A DNA stretch of 63,240 nucleotides, filler included, from Ministeria vibrans ATCC 50519 (taxonomy: Eukaryota > Protista > Filasterea), in assembly GCA_943704425.1 (NCBI GenBank). It is 7 parts of 7 records of this genome, joined end to end, with 100 filler letters (N's around TTAATTAATTAA, not from the genome) between each part and the next. Parts side by side here need not be neighbours in the genome. Positions count along the whole stretch, not along the records: positions 12,813 to 36,144 come from CALSCP010000579.1; 6 more parts are not named here. One strand, given 5' to 3'. Each line of letters opens with the position of its first letter. The first letter of the stretch is position 1. A program made the position numbers and the translations under genes. This document shows, piece after piece, positions 22,201 to 34,258 of the stretch. The notes beneath the pieces were generated by a model. The model was not told the DNA's origin and made no database searches. It saw only the letters and a program-made list of their open reading frames with translations.

Positions 22201-25200
22201 CGATCGGCGGGCGGTGTGCGAAAGTCGTTGAGTTGAATGCCAAGTGACTGCGCAGCCTCCTCCAACAACTTGACCACACCAGCACCGACACGTTCGCGTG
22301 GCGCTAGCTCAATGATAGCCGTGTGCAGTGCACACGTCTCAATGGCCGACGACAGTGCCGGATTCACGGCTGACTGTTCGCGGAACAGTTCGAGAGCAAA
22401 CACATGGAGCAAATGACCTCGCGTGAGCTGGCGATGACACATGTCAACGCAGACACTTCCATTGTGCATGGCCACTGGAACATTAGACGGGGCGTCGTCG
22501 TCGTCGTCGCACGCAAGAAATGCCGCTTGAAGATCGCGCCACACGCTGTCCGTACGGAGTGTCTCAAGTACCGCATGGTAGTCGGAGGCGCGCGACCAGA
22601 GCGCACGCAGCAGACCTGCCGCCGACGACTGCAGCACGGGCGCTGAGAAGACACCTGCATTGGAGCGACGCACCAGCGCAAGTACGAGTTCGAGGCAGTC
22701 GGGTCGTCGGGGAACCGCAGTGGTGGTTGCGTGAGCAGCACTCTCCTTCTTCGCGGCAGCCTCCTTGGCCGCAGACTCTTTGGCGGTCGCGGGTGCTGTC
22801 GATTCCTTTGTGGTCGCGGTCTTGTTCGAGTCGTCTGCTTCGAGCGCGACATCCGTTGTTGTTGCCAAACTTGTCGGATCGACGCCCAAGAAGAGCGCGG
22901 CAAGGGCTGGTTGCGTCTGGACGGCGGCCGTGAGAAAATCGAGAATAGCCGCTCGCAAATTGTCGTGTTCGTGTTCGTCGCGCAGACGCGCAATGTACTG
23001 GCTGCGGTAGGCGTCTGCGGCGTTGCCAAGGTAACCAACCATAGAGGGAGGACGGGGACGCCAGCGGGCGGCAACGTGGCACAAGCGAGTAAGCACATTT
23101 GTGGCGGCAATAACGGCAGGTGTGTAGGAGTGCTGTACGTACGACGAGAGGACCGCAATGAGGTGAGGCGAGCCGTCCTCTTGACCAGTGCGCGAGAATA
23201 GCGCGCGTTCCAAGGGTGTTACCGGTTCGCTGCGCTCCGTCCGTTCAAAAGTGGCACTCGACGGCGACAGTTCGCTGCCGCCCAGTGGCGTGGCGTGCGC
23301 CAGAAGTCGATCGAGGATGGTAAAGGCACGCGTGGAGAGGCGACGCAAAAGCGATTCGCTCGTAACCTCAGACCGATCGGTGTCAACAAACTCGCTCGTG
23401 ACCATCGTGCTCTCATCGGAGGAGTGTGCTTGAGCACCGTCCGTGGCGCGCGATCGTGCGCTACCACCACCAGACCGGCTGCTGTTGGCGGCGACACTCC
23501 CCACCACGGTGGCCAACAGTGAGTTAAAAATGGTGGCGTCGTGCAAAAAACGACGCGTGAGTTCGGCGTGCATCGACTGTGGCGACGAGCGCGGGCCCAA
23601 CCAGAGGACGCGATTGAAGAGATCGAGGGAACCACAGGCAATTTCGTGGCGTTGTACTCGACGACGGTAGCGCCACTGGCCATGCCATGCAAACACCTCG
23701 TCGCGCACATAAGCAAGTGAGAGAGACGCGGCGGTTAGAAGACTCTCTTCGTTGGCAGTAACAATGGCCCGCGCGTGGTGGGCTGACGAGGCCGAGAGCG
23801 GCCGCATGGTGGCCTTAAGAGCATGGCGCACAAGCGTATTGGTCAGCTGCACAAAGGCAATGGTGGTGTCATAGACACCACAGACGCGTTCCCAGGTTCG
23901 CAGAATGCGAGGCACACATCCACCATCGCTGAGCACATGTGCGTGTCCCTGCCCCGGAATCACGCCGCTCTGGAGGAGACCGGCAGCAATGCCGGCGGCG
24001 TCGACACGCGTCATGGCGTCAACACAGTGGAGACAGGCGGTGAGCAGACGCGGGGGAGGTCGTGGGAGCATTTCGCAGTGTTTGAGGATGGCAAGAAGAC
24101 GCGAACGCAACGGCGGTTCGTCTGCACCCACATGCATTTCCGCAATACTCATCAGGTGCGCTTCGCACTCTTCGACAAGCGACGGTTTTGCATGGAACAG
24201 TGCTACGACCAATTCGAGCACGGCAATCGCTTTGTGCACGGGTGCCTCTACCGACAAAGCACCGCCGCCAGGAGCAGCAGAAGCCGTCGCAGAATGGAAT
24301 GATGCATCGATGCTGCTGTTGTTGTTGTTGTTGTGGTTGTTGTTGTTGTCGGAGGAGTTGACGTAGGTGTCGTCGCCACTCGTGCCATTGGTGGTTGCGT
24401 GCAAATATTGATCGAGAAACAACACGCAAATGTGCCAACCACTGACGCCCGCCAACCAGCTCACAGTGGGACTCGGTGCTACTGAGGTAGACATCGAGGA
24501 CATCGAATGTGATTGCAATTGCAATGATGATGATGGGAGGGACATGCCGGTAATGCCAGGGAGCAACCTGAGGTGAGGAAAACACGTTTGGGTGTTGGTA
24601 GTGCCGGGTGCTGGGAAGGCAGTCCAGGGACGCACAAGTTGCCAGTGTTGAGTGCTGTCAGCACCACGAGGAAGGCGACCGTGGCGGTGATGACCGTCGC
24701 CGTCGTCGTTGTCGTCGTCGTCGGTGTGCAACGGACAGACACATCCTTCGAGGCGCAGCGACGCGAGTGGTGCTGCAAACGACGGGAGAGCGGCAAAGTA
24801 GGTAAAGATGGCATCAGCACATTCGGCGTCGCGCCCGCACAGGTCGGTGAGCAAACGCAACAGAGGTGCATATTCATAGGGAAAGCGCGCAGCTGCCTCG
24901 ACGAGCAAAGCGCGTCCAGCGTCGGTGAGGTAATCATTGAGCCAGAATTGCTTGCAGAGGGAGGGTTCGTCACGGAAGATTTCGCCAGCAAGAGCAATGC
25001 AACGGGGCACGCCGAGAGCCTGTGCATGAAAGCTACAGAGCAGCGTGCTAAAGAGACCCTTGTAGACGGAACGGGACGACATGAGAGAGGGTGCGTGGCG
25101 GGTGAAAGGGTCAATGGCACCGGCGAGCGCCTGCTGCATGTACTCGAGGCCTCCTTGGTGGACACTCAGTTCGCAGAGGCGACGGTGTTGAGCGACCGTT

Positions 25201-26687
25201 GTATCGTGCGCTGTCACGGAGTTCGGATCGGCGTCTTGAGCAGCCGATTTGATCGTGTGGACACGGACCATGGCACACGCCCAGGCAAGGAGAACGGGCC
25301 AGAAGGGTGGTGGGGCGGCGAGCGAGCTGGACGACACAATGGTGTTGGCGGGCACGCGTTGCTGGTGGGGGGCAAGGGGGCGTGCAAGGGAGCGAAAAAG
25401 CTCGTCAAGCTTGGTGCGCACCAGAGTGTTGCCCACGACTGGGTGATCGTCGACAATGGAGTGAAGGTGCTGCGGAGAGAATTCGGAGGGTTGCAAAGAC
25501 GAGTCGATTTCGGGTGCGAGACGTTCGAGGTTTAGGCACTCTATCAAGAGCACCGTGGAGAGCACGCCAAAGCGCAAGATGCGCGGACGACTCTCGTTAG
25601 GCGACATACACTCGAGAACACTGTCAGGCATAGCATAGCCCCACTTGGCGTCCTTGCAGACGAGCGTTGCCATTTCGAGGAGTTGCTCGGCGGTGCACAC
25701 CGATTGTTGATAGTAGAGCGCCACGAGGCACTCGAGGAGCTCTTCCACCTCGACCAGAGAACTGCGAGCAAGTAGTTGTGCATTGGAGGATTCGGGAGGG
25801 CTCCATTTGAGACGTGCGCCAAACTGAGAGACAAGCGAGGTGCGCAGGGCGCCATCCTTGATGAGCGAGTCGAGAGCGGTGTGGAGGACACGTTGACGGG
25901 CCGACGGCTGGTTCTCGTCGACGGAACGAATGAGCACACTGATGCACTGTAGAATGGCACGGCGCTCGGCGCAGTAGAAGAGCATGATGTCGTCGAGGGT
26001 TGCCGCGTCGAATTTGAAGGAGACGTTGGTGGTGGACGACGACGACGACGCTTTGGACGACTCTGAGCTGGCTGTTGCGGTCGCCGTCGCCGTGGCGTTG
26101 GCAGTGGAGACAAAGGTAAAGGCACGCTCGCGACTTGTCTTGGTCAGGTACATGCGCAGGAGTCTCTGGGCGAACGCAGTCGACAGATGCAGATACCTGG
26201 CAATCTTCGCGACAAAGGCTTTGGTGCCTTCGCCCTGCGTTGCGCCTGAGGCTGCACCCGTCTGGGGGGCCTAGACAAGCAGCATGTTGGTGTTCAGGTG
26301 TGTGGACGAATGAGCGCGAGAGGGCAGGATGTGATGAGAGAGAGAGACAGCCGTGTCTGCCGCAACAGCCTTCTCCTCTGACGCAGGTTCTGCTTCAGCG
26401 TGGACACTTTTTTTTTTTTTTTTTTTGAAACTCAGTCTCACCTCAAAGGTTGAGAGACCATCAATGAGTCGCTGGCGATTTCTACTCAACACCTGAGCAA
26501 GTTCGTCGAGATCCTGACAAAAGTCGGGGTCGGACAGGGTGCGCAAAAGGTCCTGGGCGCAACTACAAAGAGAGAGAGAGTGGGTGAGATGAATGTTGTG
26601 TGTTTCAAAGATACAAAAAAAAACATACGTGTCGTAGATGGTGAGCACAGGACCCGACGGGCCTTTGCCCTTGTCATTTGATGACAT
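19264..26687 (-). CDS. NUP188: Nucleoporin Nup188-like, 5 exons
   Basis: Helical protein of more than 2200 aa. Motifs FYCAERRAILQC, ARFPYEYAPLLRLL, ERVCGVYDTTIAF, WRY, VQTQPALAALFL. C-terminal exons read FILEHALSLAVSQ|...QVRSDMGREM. Confidence 0.8.
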
Positions 26688-26825
26688 TCGAGAAAGTAAT
26701 TGTGAATATTCAATATTTGATCTAACACTCGCGATTGGAAATTTGAATTGAAAGTAATTTCAGTATCTTCCCCTGCAGTTTGTGCGCGCGCGACAGGCCC
26801 AACTGAACTATCTATCCATATCCAT

Positions 26826-26856
<31 letters not shown>

Positions 26857-26865
26857 TACTGCGGC

Positions 26866-29100
26866 ATGTCACGCAGCGAGTTCTCCCACTGCGTCGACGT
26901 GCTTGATCGCACCTTTGCCTGGGCGGTCCTTCGAGCCGGCCAGCGCCTTCCGCCGAGCTCACCAGGCCAGCATTTCTTCTGCACCGACGCCGTGCTGCAC
27001 TACGAGCCCTTCTTCTGCGACTGGGGCCCTCTGAATCTGGCCATGGTGGCCAAGTACATCCGTTTTGTGCGCGCCAAACTCGCTCTCCCAAACACCACCG
27101 TCGTCCATGTTACCGGGTACCAACACACTCCCACCCCATGCCCCTTTATGTCTCGTGCCTCCCCATTGCACCTCAGCCCTCCTTAGTCCTTATGCTTCTG
27201 CTGAAATTTTGAAAAGAAGCCAAAAAAAAAACAATTATTATGATTTGTTTGCCAGGGTTGAATAGCAATGAACGAAGGCTTTGTTGCGCGCAATTTACCC
27301 ACTGCGTGTTGTGTATAGGCAAGACATACAGAAGCAAACGAACGCGGCGTTCGTCTTTGGCGCCTATCTCATTGTCGAGCGGCAGTTCACTGCGGCTGAG
27401 GTGCACCAACTGCTCTCGTCCACTGCCATTCCCTTCCTGGCTTATCGCGACGCCGGGTACGGGCCCAACACGTTTGGCCTGTCGCTGCTCGACTGCTGGC
27501 GCGGCCTCGATGCCGCCATGCAACTGGGCTTCTTTGACTTGCAGTCGTTTGATGTGGAAAAATACGAATTTCACGAAAAGGTAACAGAGTTGCATTGGCT
27601 GTACACACAATGCAGTGTGTCCCGCTGCACCCTATTGTGCGAGCAGTCATTCGAGTTGCGCTTTGCGTTGTGCTGCACTTCAAACATCAAAACGGCTTGT
27701 TCTGACCTCTTTGCGTTGTAGGTGTGCAACGGTGATTTCAATTGGATTGTGCCGGGCCGTCTGCTTGCATTTGCCGGTCCACACGCCGCCGAGAGCGAGC
27801 CGGGCGAGTACCCGCGTCTCACTCCCGAATTCTACATTCCGTACTTTCGCGAGTTTGGCATTCGCGCAATTGTACGTCTCAACAAGAAGATGTACGACCG
27901 ACGGCGCTTCCTGCGTGCCGGCTTCCAGCACCACGACCTCTTTTATGTCGACGGCTCAGTACCTCCCGACGATATTCTGAGCCAGTTTCTCGACATTTAC
28001 GAAACGGAGCCGGGTCCTATTGCTATCCACTGCAAAGTACCATACAATCGAATATTATTTTCTGTGTAGTGTTTGCTATTCTTCTGCTAAATCTCGCGTT
28101 TTAGGCTGGGCTGGGGCGAACGGGCTCACTGATTTGCGCCGTGCTAATGAAACACTACCAGATGACGGCAGGCGAGGCGATTGCTTGGACACGTATCAGT
28201 CGACCAGGCTCTGTGATTGGTCCCCAACAGCACTATCTCATGGAGCAGCAGGCGTATTTGTGGGAGGAAGGGCGACGGTTCCGACGGGAGCAGGAGGAAA
28301 AGGCTCAGGGAACTGCTGATGCTACTGCTACCTCCACGAGTGCTGTTTCCCCTGTTGCCTCTGTGCGTTCGCGGTCGGCCTCGCCTGCCGCTGTTGCTGT
28401 GTCTGCTGGTGCACTGAGAACGTCGCCGCGACTTTCTGCTGTCTCATCACCCGCCGCACGAACCACACGTTCTAGCGACAACACTACTGCAGCGCCTGTG
28501 CGCATCACAGCACACTTTTCGACGTCACGCAGTGGCACCAAGGCAACCACAGCAGCTGGAAAGGGGGGTGGTACTACTAGTGGCAGTGCGGCGCATCGGG
28601 TGCGTGCCCACGCATCCCACAGTCGACATGCAACCACGGGCGAGACAGACGTGAGCCATCTCGTGTCGTCGCTCGATCCAATATCTGGTGCACGTCCACA
28701 CACTCCTGTAGAGCATCTCCGCTCCTCGGCTATGCCTGTGCCTATTCAACCTAATAAGGCAGCGCGCCTTAACACGCGCACGTCACTCTCTCCGCCTCCC
28801 GTCGACACGCCCACCACCTCCTCCACCAGTACCACCACCACAGCTCCGTCCACACGTAACACACGCACCACCAGTCGCACTCCATCACCGCACACCTCAC
28901 CGTCCACATCACGTCAACCGCCTATCAGCCGCTACTTCATGCGCAATCGTGAGGGCTCTCCCACCACTACCACCACTGCCAGCACCACGGCCAGCACCAC
29001 GACCAGTCGTTCATCCCCGGCCTCTCCTGCTACGCCGACGACTGCTGTTCTCTCTCCCGTACGCCACTCTCCTTCCTCACCGTCGTCAAGAGCTCGCTGA
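26866..29100 (+). CDS. CDC14: Dual-specificity phosphatase Cdc14, 4 exons
   Basis: [36 protein letters not shown], catalytic HCK|[17 protein letters not shown], then a Ser/Thr/Pro-rich tail. Confidence 0.95.
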
Positions 29101-29218
29101 TACAATTGCTGCTCACAAAATACAATTAACGCTGTGTAAAAAGACGTGTGTGTTCATCGGCACCATTTTTTATTTTCAAAATTGCACTGCAAAAAATATG
29201 TGGATTCCTTTGTCTTCT

Positions 29219-29872
29219 TCAGTTGATAAACGAGGACTTGAGCTGGACATTGCGCGACGAAGGGCCCACGTAGACATCAAAGGAGCCCTGAACGGGGCTC
29301 CAGGCGTGCGTGTTGACATCCCAAATGGAGAGGTCGCGAGAAGTGAGCGCAAAGGAGACGTGCGTGGAGGCGCCGGGTGCAAGCCAGACCTTGTCGAAGC
29401 CCTTGAGCTGCTTCGGAGGCTCGCCAGCGGACGCAGGGAAGCCCAAGTAGAGCTGGGGCACTTCAGCACCGGCCATCTGACCCGAGTTGGTCAGGGTGAA
29501 CGAGACTTGCGACTTGCTCGCTTGCATATTCGCATAGGAGAAGGTCGTGTACGAGAGACCGTGGCCAAAGGAAAAGGCAGGCTCGACCGAGTGTGCGTCG
29601 TACCAGCGGTAGCCCACCTCGAGCTTCTCGTCGTAGTACGACTCGTTGCTGTCTTCGAGTCCTGGGTACTGGCGCTGCGTGAAGCCAATCTCGTTCTCGA
29701 CGTTGGGCATGGTCAGCGGCAGGCGCCCGCTTGGATTCACTTTGCCAAACACCACATTGGCCATCGCATTGCCAAATTCCTATCAGACCACAATCGCTTT
29801 TTATGACTGCTCCGTGAAACAACGGGCGAAAGCGCTCCTGGACGCGCCCCTGCTTTAGCAGGNNNNNNNNNN

Positions 29873-29910
<38 letters not shown>

Positions 29911-32260
29911 TGAGTGGGAAACGATTCTCTTCTGAAGCAGAGTACCTGTCCAGGCATGAAATTGACGAGGATAGCACCAACATCGCGGTGCCAAGGCATA
30001 AGGATGGCGCCGGGTGTGGTGACCACAACGACGGTGCGCTTGGCACGTGCGGCCGTGAGTGTGACGAGCGCGTCTTGGCCGTTGCCCAGCGAGAGGTTTT
30101 CGCGGTCGCTGCCCTCGCTCGAGGTGGTCGCCACAAAGACAAGGGCAACGTCGACGCGTGCGGCCAGCGCAGCCACCTCGGTGTCGTTAGAACCGTCGGA
30201 ATAGTAGACACAGCGACCGTCATGACAGTCGGGGATGGGGGTGGGCGGCGAGCTGAGCAGCGAACCTGAGATGGCACCTGTCTTGGGACGCTTGCCCTCG
30301 GCATTGGGTTTGAGCCAGCAGTCGGGAGCGACAAAGGTAAAGGCAAAGCAAGTCGCCGAGTCGTGACACTTAGCACAGCAGTCGTCGGCCGACGACGCCT
30401 GTACCTGCGTGTCACCAGTCGCCTGGTAGAAGTCAGTGTCAGTCAATTTGGAGACTTGCGAGCAGTTGAGACGCGGGTGGGGACTGGGTGCTGGGAAGCC
30501 CATGGCAGCGCGCACCCCCTGGAGAGGCGTGATGACATACGGGGCATCGACACGGCCACTGCCGCCTCCGTGCACAATGACGTTGCTTGCGCCCTGTGCG
30601 CCGATCACTGCGACACTTTTAATTGAGTCGGCATTCAGGGGCAGCGTTGCGTCGGCATTCTTGACGAGCACATGTGAGTCTTCGCTGAGCTGACGTGCCA
30701 ACTCGTTGTGTGCGTTGGACGTGACATTGGCCTCAATGGGATTGGTATTGTTGTGGTCCATGATGCCCAGGCTGAACATGGGCACAAGGAAATTGAGCAC
30801 TGAGCGGTCAATGGTCGACTCGAGCAGAGTGCCTGCGTCAAGCATCGCCTTCAGCTTGCTTTCGTTCATGTAGTCGGAGCCCGGCATCTCTTGATCGAGG
30901 CCCTATAAGTACCACATGTCAGCAAGATGTCAAAAGTTTTATTTTGTGTATAATTGCGCAAGAAGAAGAAGGAGAGAATGAGAAAGAACGGAGAGAGAAA
31001 GTAGAAAGCGAGAGAGACAGACAGACAGAGAGGGAAGCGAGAGACAGAGAGGTAGTTTGGCACAAAGATAATGAAGAATGTGGCTATTGACCTGATTAAT
31101 AGATGTCGAGTGAGTGGCACCCCAGTCGCTCATGACGGCAAAGTACTTGTTGTCCTTGTTCATAAGACCCTTGAGGTCCCGGTTGAGCGTGACGTTGTTT
31201 TCGCACGCGTGCACTTGGTTGATGCGGTTGTACGAGCACATAAGCGTCGCAACGTTCGCCTCTAGAGCTCCTTCAAAGGGGGGCAAATACATTTCAAACT
31301 CGGTGCGCTCATCGACATTGGCCGAGTTGGTCTGGCGGTGAGTTTCCTACAGCATGCAGAATGATGAAGTGATGAGTGAGCAAAAAAAAACAAAAAAAAA
31401 ACACGCCATATAAAAATATAATACATCATACATACACACGCGTACATACTAATATATCATACATTCACACATACCTGGTTATTATTTGTGTAATGCTTTG
31501 CATTGGCCATGACGCCCTGGCTCTGGATACCGTTAATGACAGGCTGGACCATCTGGTAACCTACACGTTACGGTGAGCTACACATCTAAGTGGCATGTAG
31601 TGCGCAAAGAATACGACCACCATAGGGCATTCTTTGTCGCAGGATAAGAGACGCACTAAATTTCGATCGTTACCTAGGAAAGGGTCTTCGCCTGAAATGT
31701 ATTCGAAGTTGCGTCCGTTGCGGGGCACGCGAGCAAGACACACGCCCGGACCAAGCTGCACATTGCTGCCCTTGCCAAAGAACTCCTTGCCCATGGCCGT
31801 GCCCCAGTCTGAGGCAGCCAGGAAGGGGTGCGCAGGAGGGGTTCAGCAAAACACAAACAAAAGGGGCTGTTTCACGTACCCATGGCCGCCTTGCGGTCGA
31901 AGGTGGCGCCAATGGTCAGACCCGAGGGCCACGACGTCGACGTGCCCGGGTAGTCGTTCGATCGGAAGCCTTGGGGTCCTGTTTCAGACGGTTTTAAGGA
32001 AAGCGGATGAGAAACGGAGAAGAGAGAAAGCGAATTTTGTTGTGGCAGAAAAGTTTCTAACCATCGTTCATGTTCAGCGCGGGGATGCCAAGGGCAGCAT
32101 TCTCAGGCACGTTTCCAACGTACGGGCCGGACGAACCGTGAAGCATGACGATTTTGTCTTCGAGAGACATTTTCGCAAGAAGAGCTCGCGCGCGCTCCAC
32201 GGGATCGGCAGCGATGGCCACAACCGCCATGGCTGCAAGGAGTAAGATTGTTCGTTGCAT
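29219..32260 (-). CDS. Secreted GH3 beta-glucosidase with an internal PAN/Apple domain and C-terminal FnIII-like domain
   Basis: Signal peptide MQRTILLLAAMAVVAIAA. Motifs RVPRNGRNFEYISGEDP, MCSYNRIN, nucleophile VMSDWGATHS, acid/base SSEGSDR, NPSGRLP, GYRWYD, FGHGLSYTTF. Confidence 0.93.
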
Positions 32261-32399
32261 TACTAACGAATAACTGTTCTATTTTCTAATTTTCGATATT
32301 ATTTTGTCGAGACCAATTCGAAGGATTGTTTATTTTTCCTCAAGGCCTAAATTCTTACTACCAACTCTCACTCTCTCTCTCTCTATCACTTTGTTTCTT

Positions 32400-32497
<98 letters not shown>

Positions 32498-32830
32498 CTT
32501 CCCCGCCAGGAATTCAAAACCAATAAGACTGTAAGACGCGCAGCAGCAAGTTGCCTGCCAAACAACACCACCCACCGTCGTGCCACCCCCATCGGTGGGT
32601 GAGCCTGTGTCTCCACTGTGTCCACCCTCGCCCATGGGCTAGCACTTGTGCTCTGCAAGTTCCTCTCCCAGGATATATTATATGTAAGAGGCATCTGGTG
32701 CCTGTCACAGCACAGATTGTCGGGTCATTAGCCGATCTGTCTCCGCTCCCTCTCGACGCTTCCGCAGCTTACAAAGTGGTTCTGACCTGTCTCATTTTTT
32801 TTTGTAAACATATCTTCGTTTTTAATTAAT

Positions 32831-34053
32831 CTACATGACACCAACACTGTGTCGCAATTGAAGAACTGAGCGCTGTTGGTCTTCGGGAAGCGCAGCAATT
32901 TGTTCGGGGGACATGGCAAGAACACGCGCGAGAAGCTAAACAGACGAGAGAGAATAGGGTTAGGGCTAGGGTTAGAGGTACGGGGGGTAGGGTTGGTACC
33001 TCTTGACGGGCAATTTCGTCGGGGGTGAGCTGTGGCTGCGCCTGACCACCAGAGGGTGGTGGGGGAGGCTGGTTGTTGGGTGGCATGGGTGCAACTGACG
33101 CGGCACCAGCAGCAACAGCAGTAGGAGGAGGAACAGAGGAGGCGGACGGGGGAGGGTTGGTCGCAGGAGTGGACGAGACCACCTGAAGGAGCTGCTGAGC
33201 CACGGCGGGCTCGACAATGCCCATGGCAAGAAGAGCCTGCAACAGAGCGTATGCAAGCTGTGGGTTGCTTGTCAGGAGCTGCTGGGCACTCGCTGGGTCT
33301 TGTTGGATGTGCGCCTTCATTTGCTTCATCAGCTCAAACACATCGGTGCTCGTCATGGCATTCATTGTGTCGTTGATGGTGTCTGTCGTATCGCGTCCGG
33401 CCGCAACCGCAGCCGCGGCAGCCGCTGCAGGGGCTGGCGAGAGACCATGCGGCACAGTGGCGGTGGGCGGCGGTGCCATGGGAGGGGGAGCACTGAATGT
33501 CATAGGCGGTGGTGCCTCGCCACCGCTGTTGAGTCCACTACCACCGCCACTGCCACCACCACCACCACCACCACCACCGGATCTGTTTGGAAGAGGGCGA
33601 GATGCGTCGGCAAGGTCGACACGGAGCGTTCGCGAGTGAAATTCGGCTCCGTTCAGATTGCGCACTGCACTCAAGGCCGTTTCGGCGTCGAGAAACTCAC
33701 AAAACCCAAAGCCTTTTGGCCTGCCTGTTTCATGATCGTGCATAATTCTACACAAGGAAGACACTCAGCAGAAGGAGATGCGCAGAACGGGCGAAGGAAT
33801 GCGAAACGTTGAGTTGTTTCGTTGTGCGTTTTGGTTCGTTTTTTTTTCTCTCGTTTTTTCCGTAGTGTCGTACGTAAAGCTCTTTACTGGGCCCGCCTGA
33901 CTGAAGTACTCACGGAGCTGTTCCTCAGTACAATCATAGGCTATGTTTCCCACTGTGACAATGAGAAAATGAAGCAATTAGAAAAAACATAAAAAACCCC
34001 CTTCTCGCATGTCTACCAAAGCAACGCTTCGATCCTACTCGAGACGAAGACAT
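32831..34053 (-). CDS. CSTF2: Cleavage stimulation factor 64-kDa subunit (CstF-64/Rna15), 4 exons
   Basis: RRM F|VGNIAYD...[13 protein letters not shown]. Hinge LMKQMK...[12 protein letters not shown]-terminal [15 protein letters not shown]. Confidence 0.93.
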
Positions 34054-34258
34054 TCTATATATCGGATCGCAGGAAACGGGTGACGCAAAGTTGAAAATAA
34101 GTATGATTAAAAGATATCTCAAATCAGAAATATGAGTAGATTGCAGAAACATTTATATACTGTTAGTAAACATCAGGCGAACATGAGAATATGTGATAGT
34201 CTCTCGCTCGCTGCCCCAGTAGGATTGTACTGTAATAGGGTTGACTTGAATTTTGATT

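Noticed and set aside
20005-25535. Numerous 150-320 aa antisense ORFs over Nup188 and other genes
   Set aside because: Expected shadows of GC-rich coding sequence, with no recognisable motifs.
32954-32979. TTAGGG-like repeats (also at about 59578) as an interstitial telomere or telomerase template
   Set aside because: Only 2-4 imperfect units. Both lie just upstream of 3' splice sites of minus-strand introns, where they read CTAAC, the branch-point consensus.
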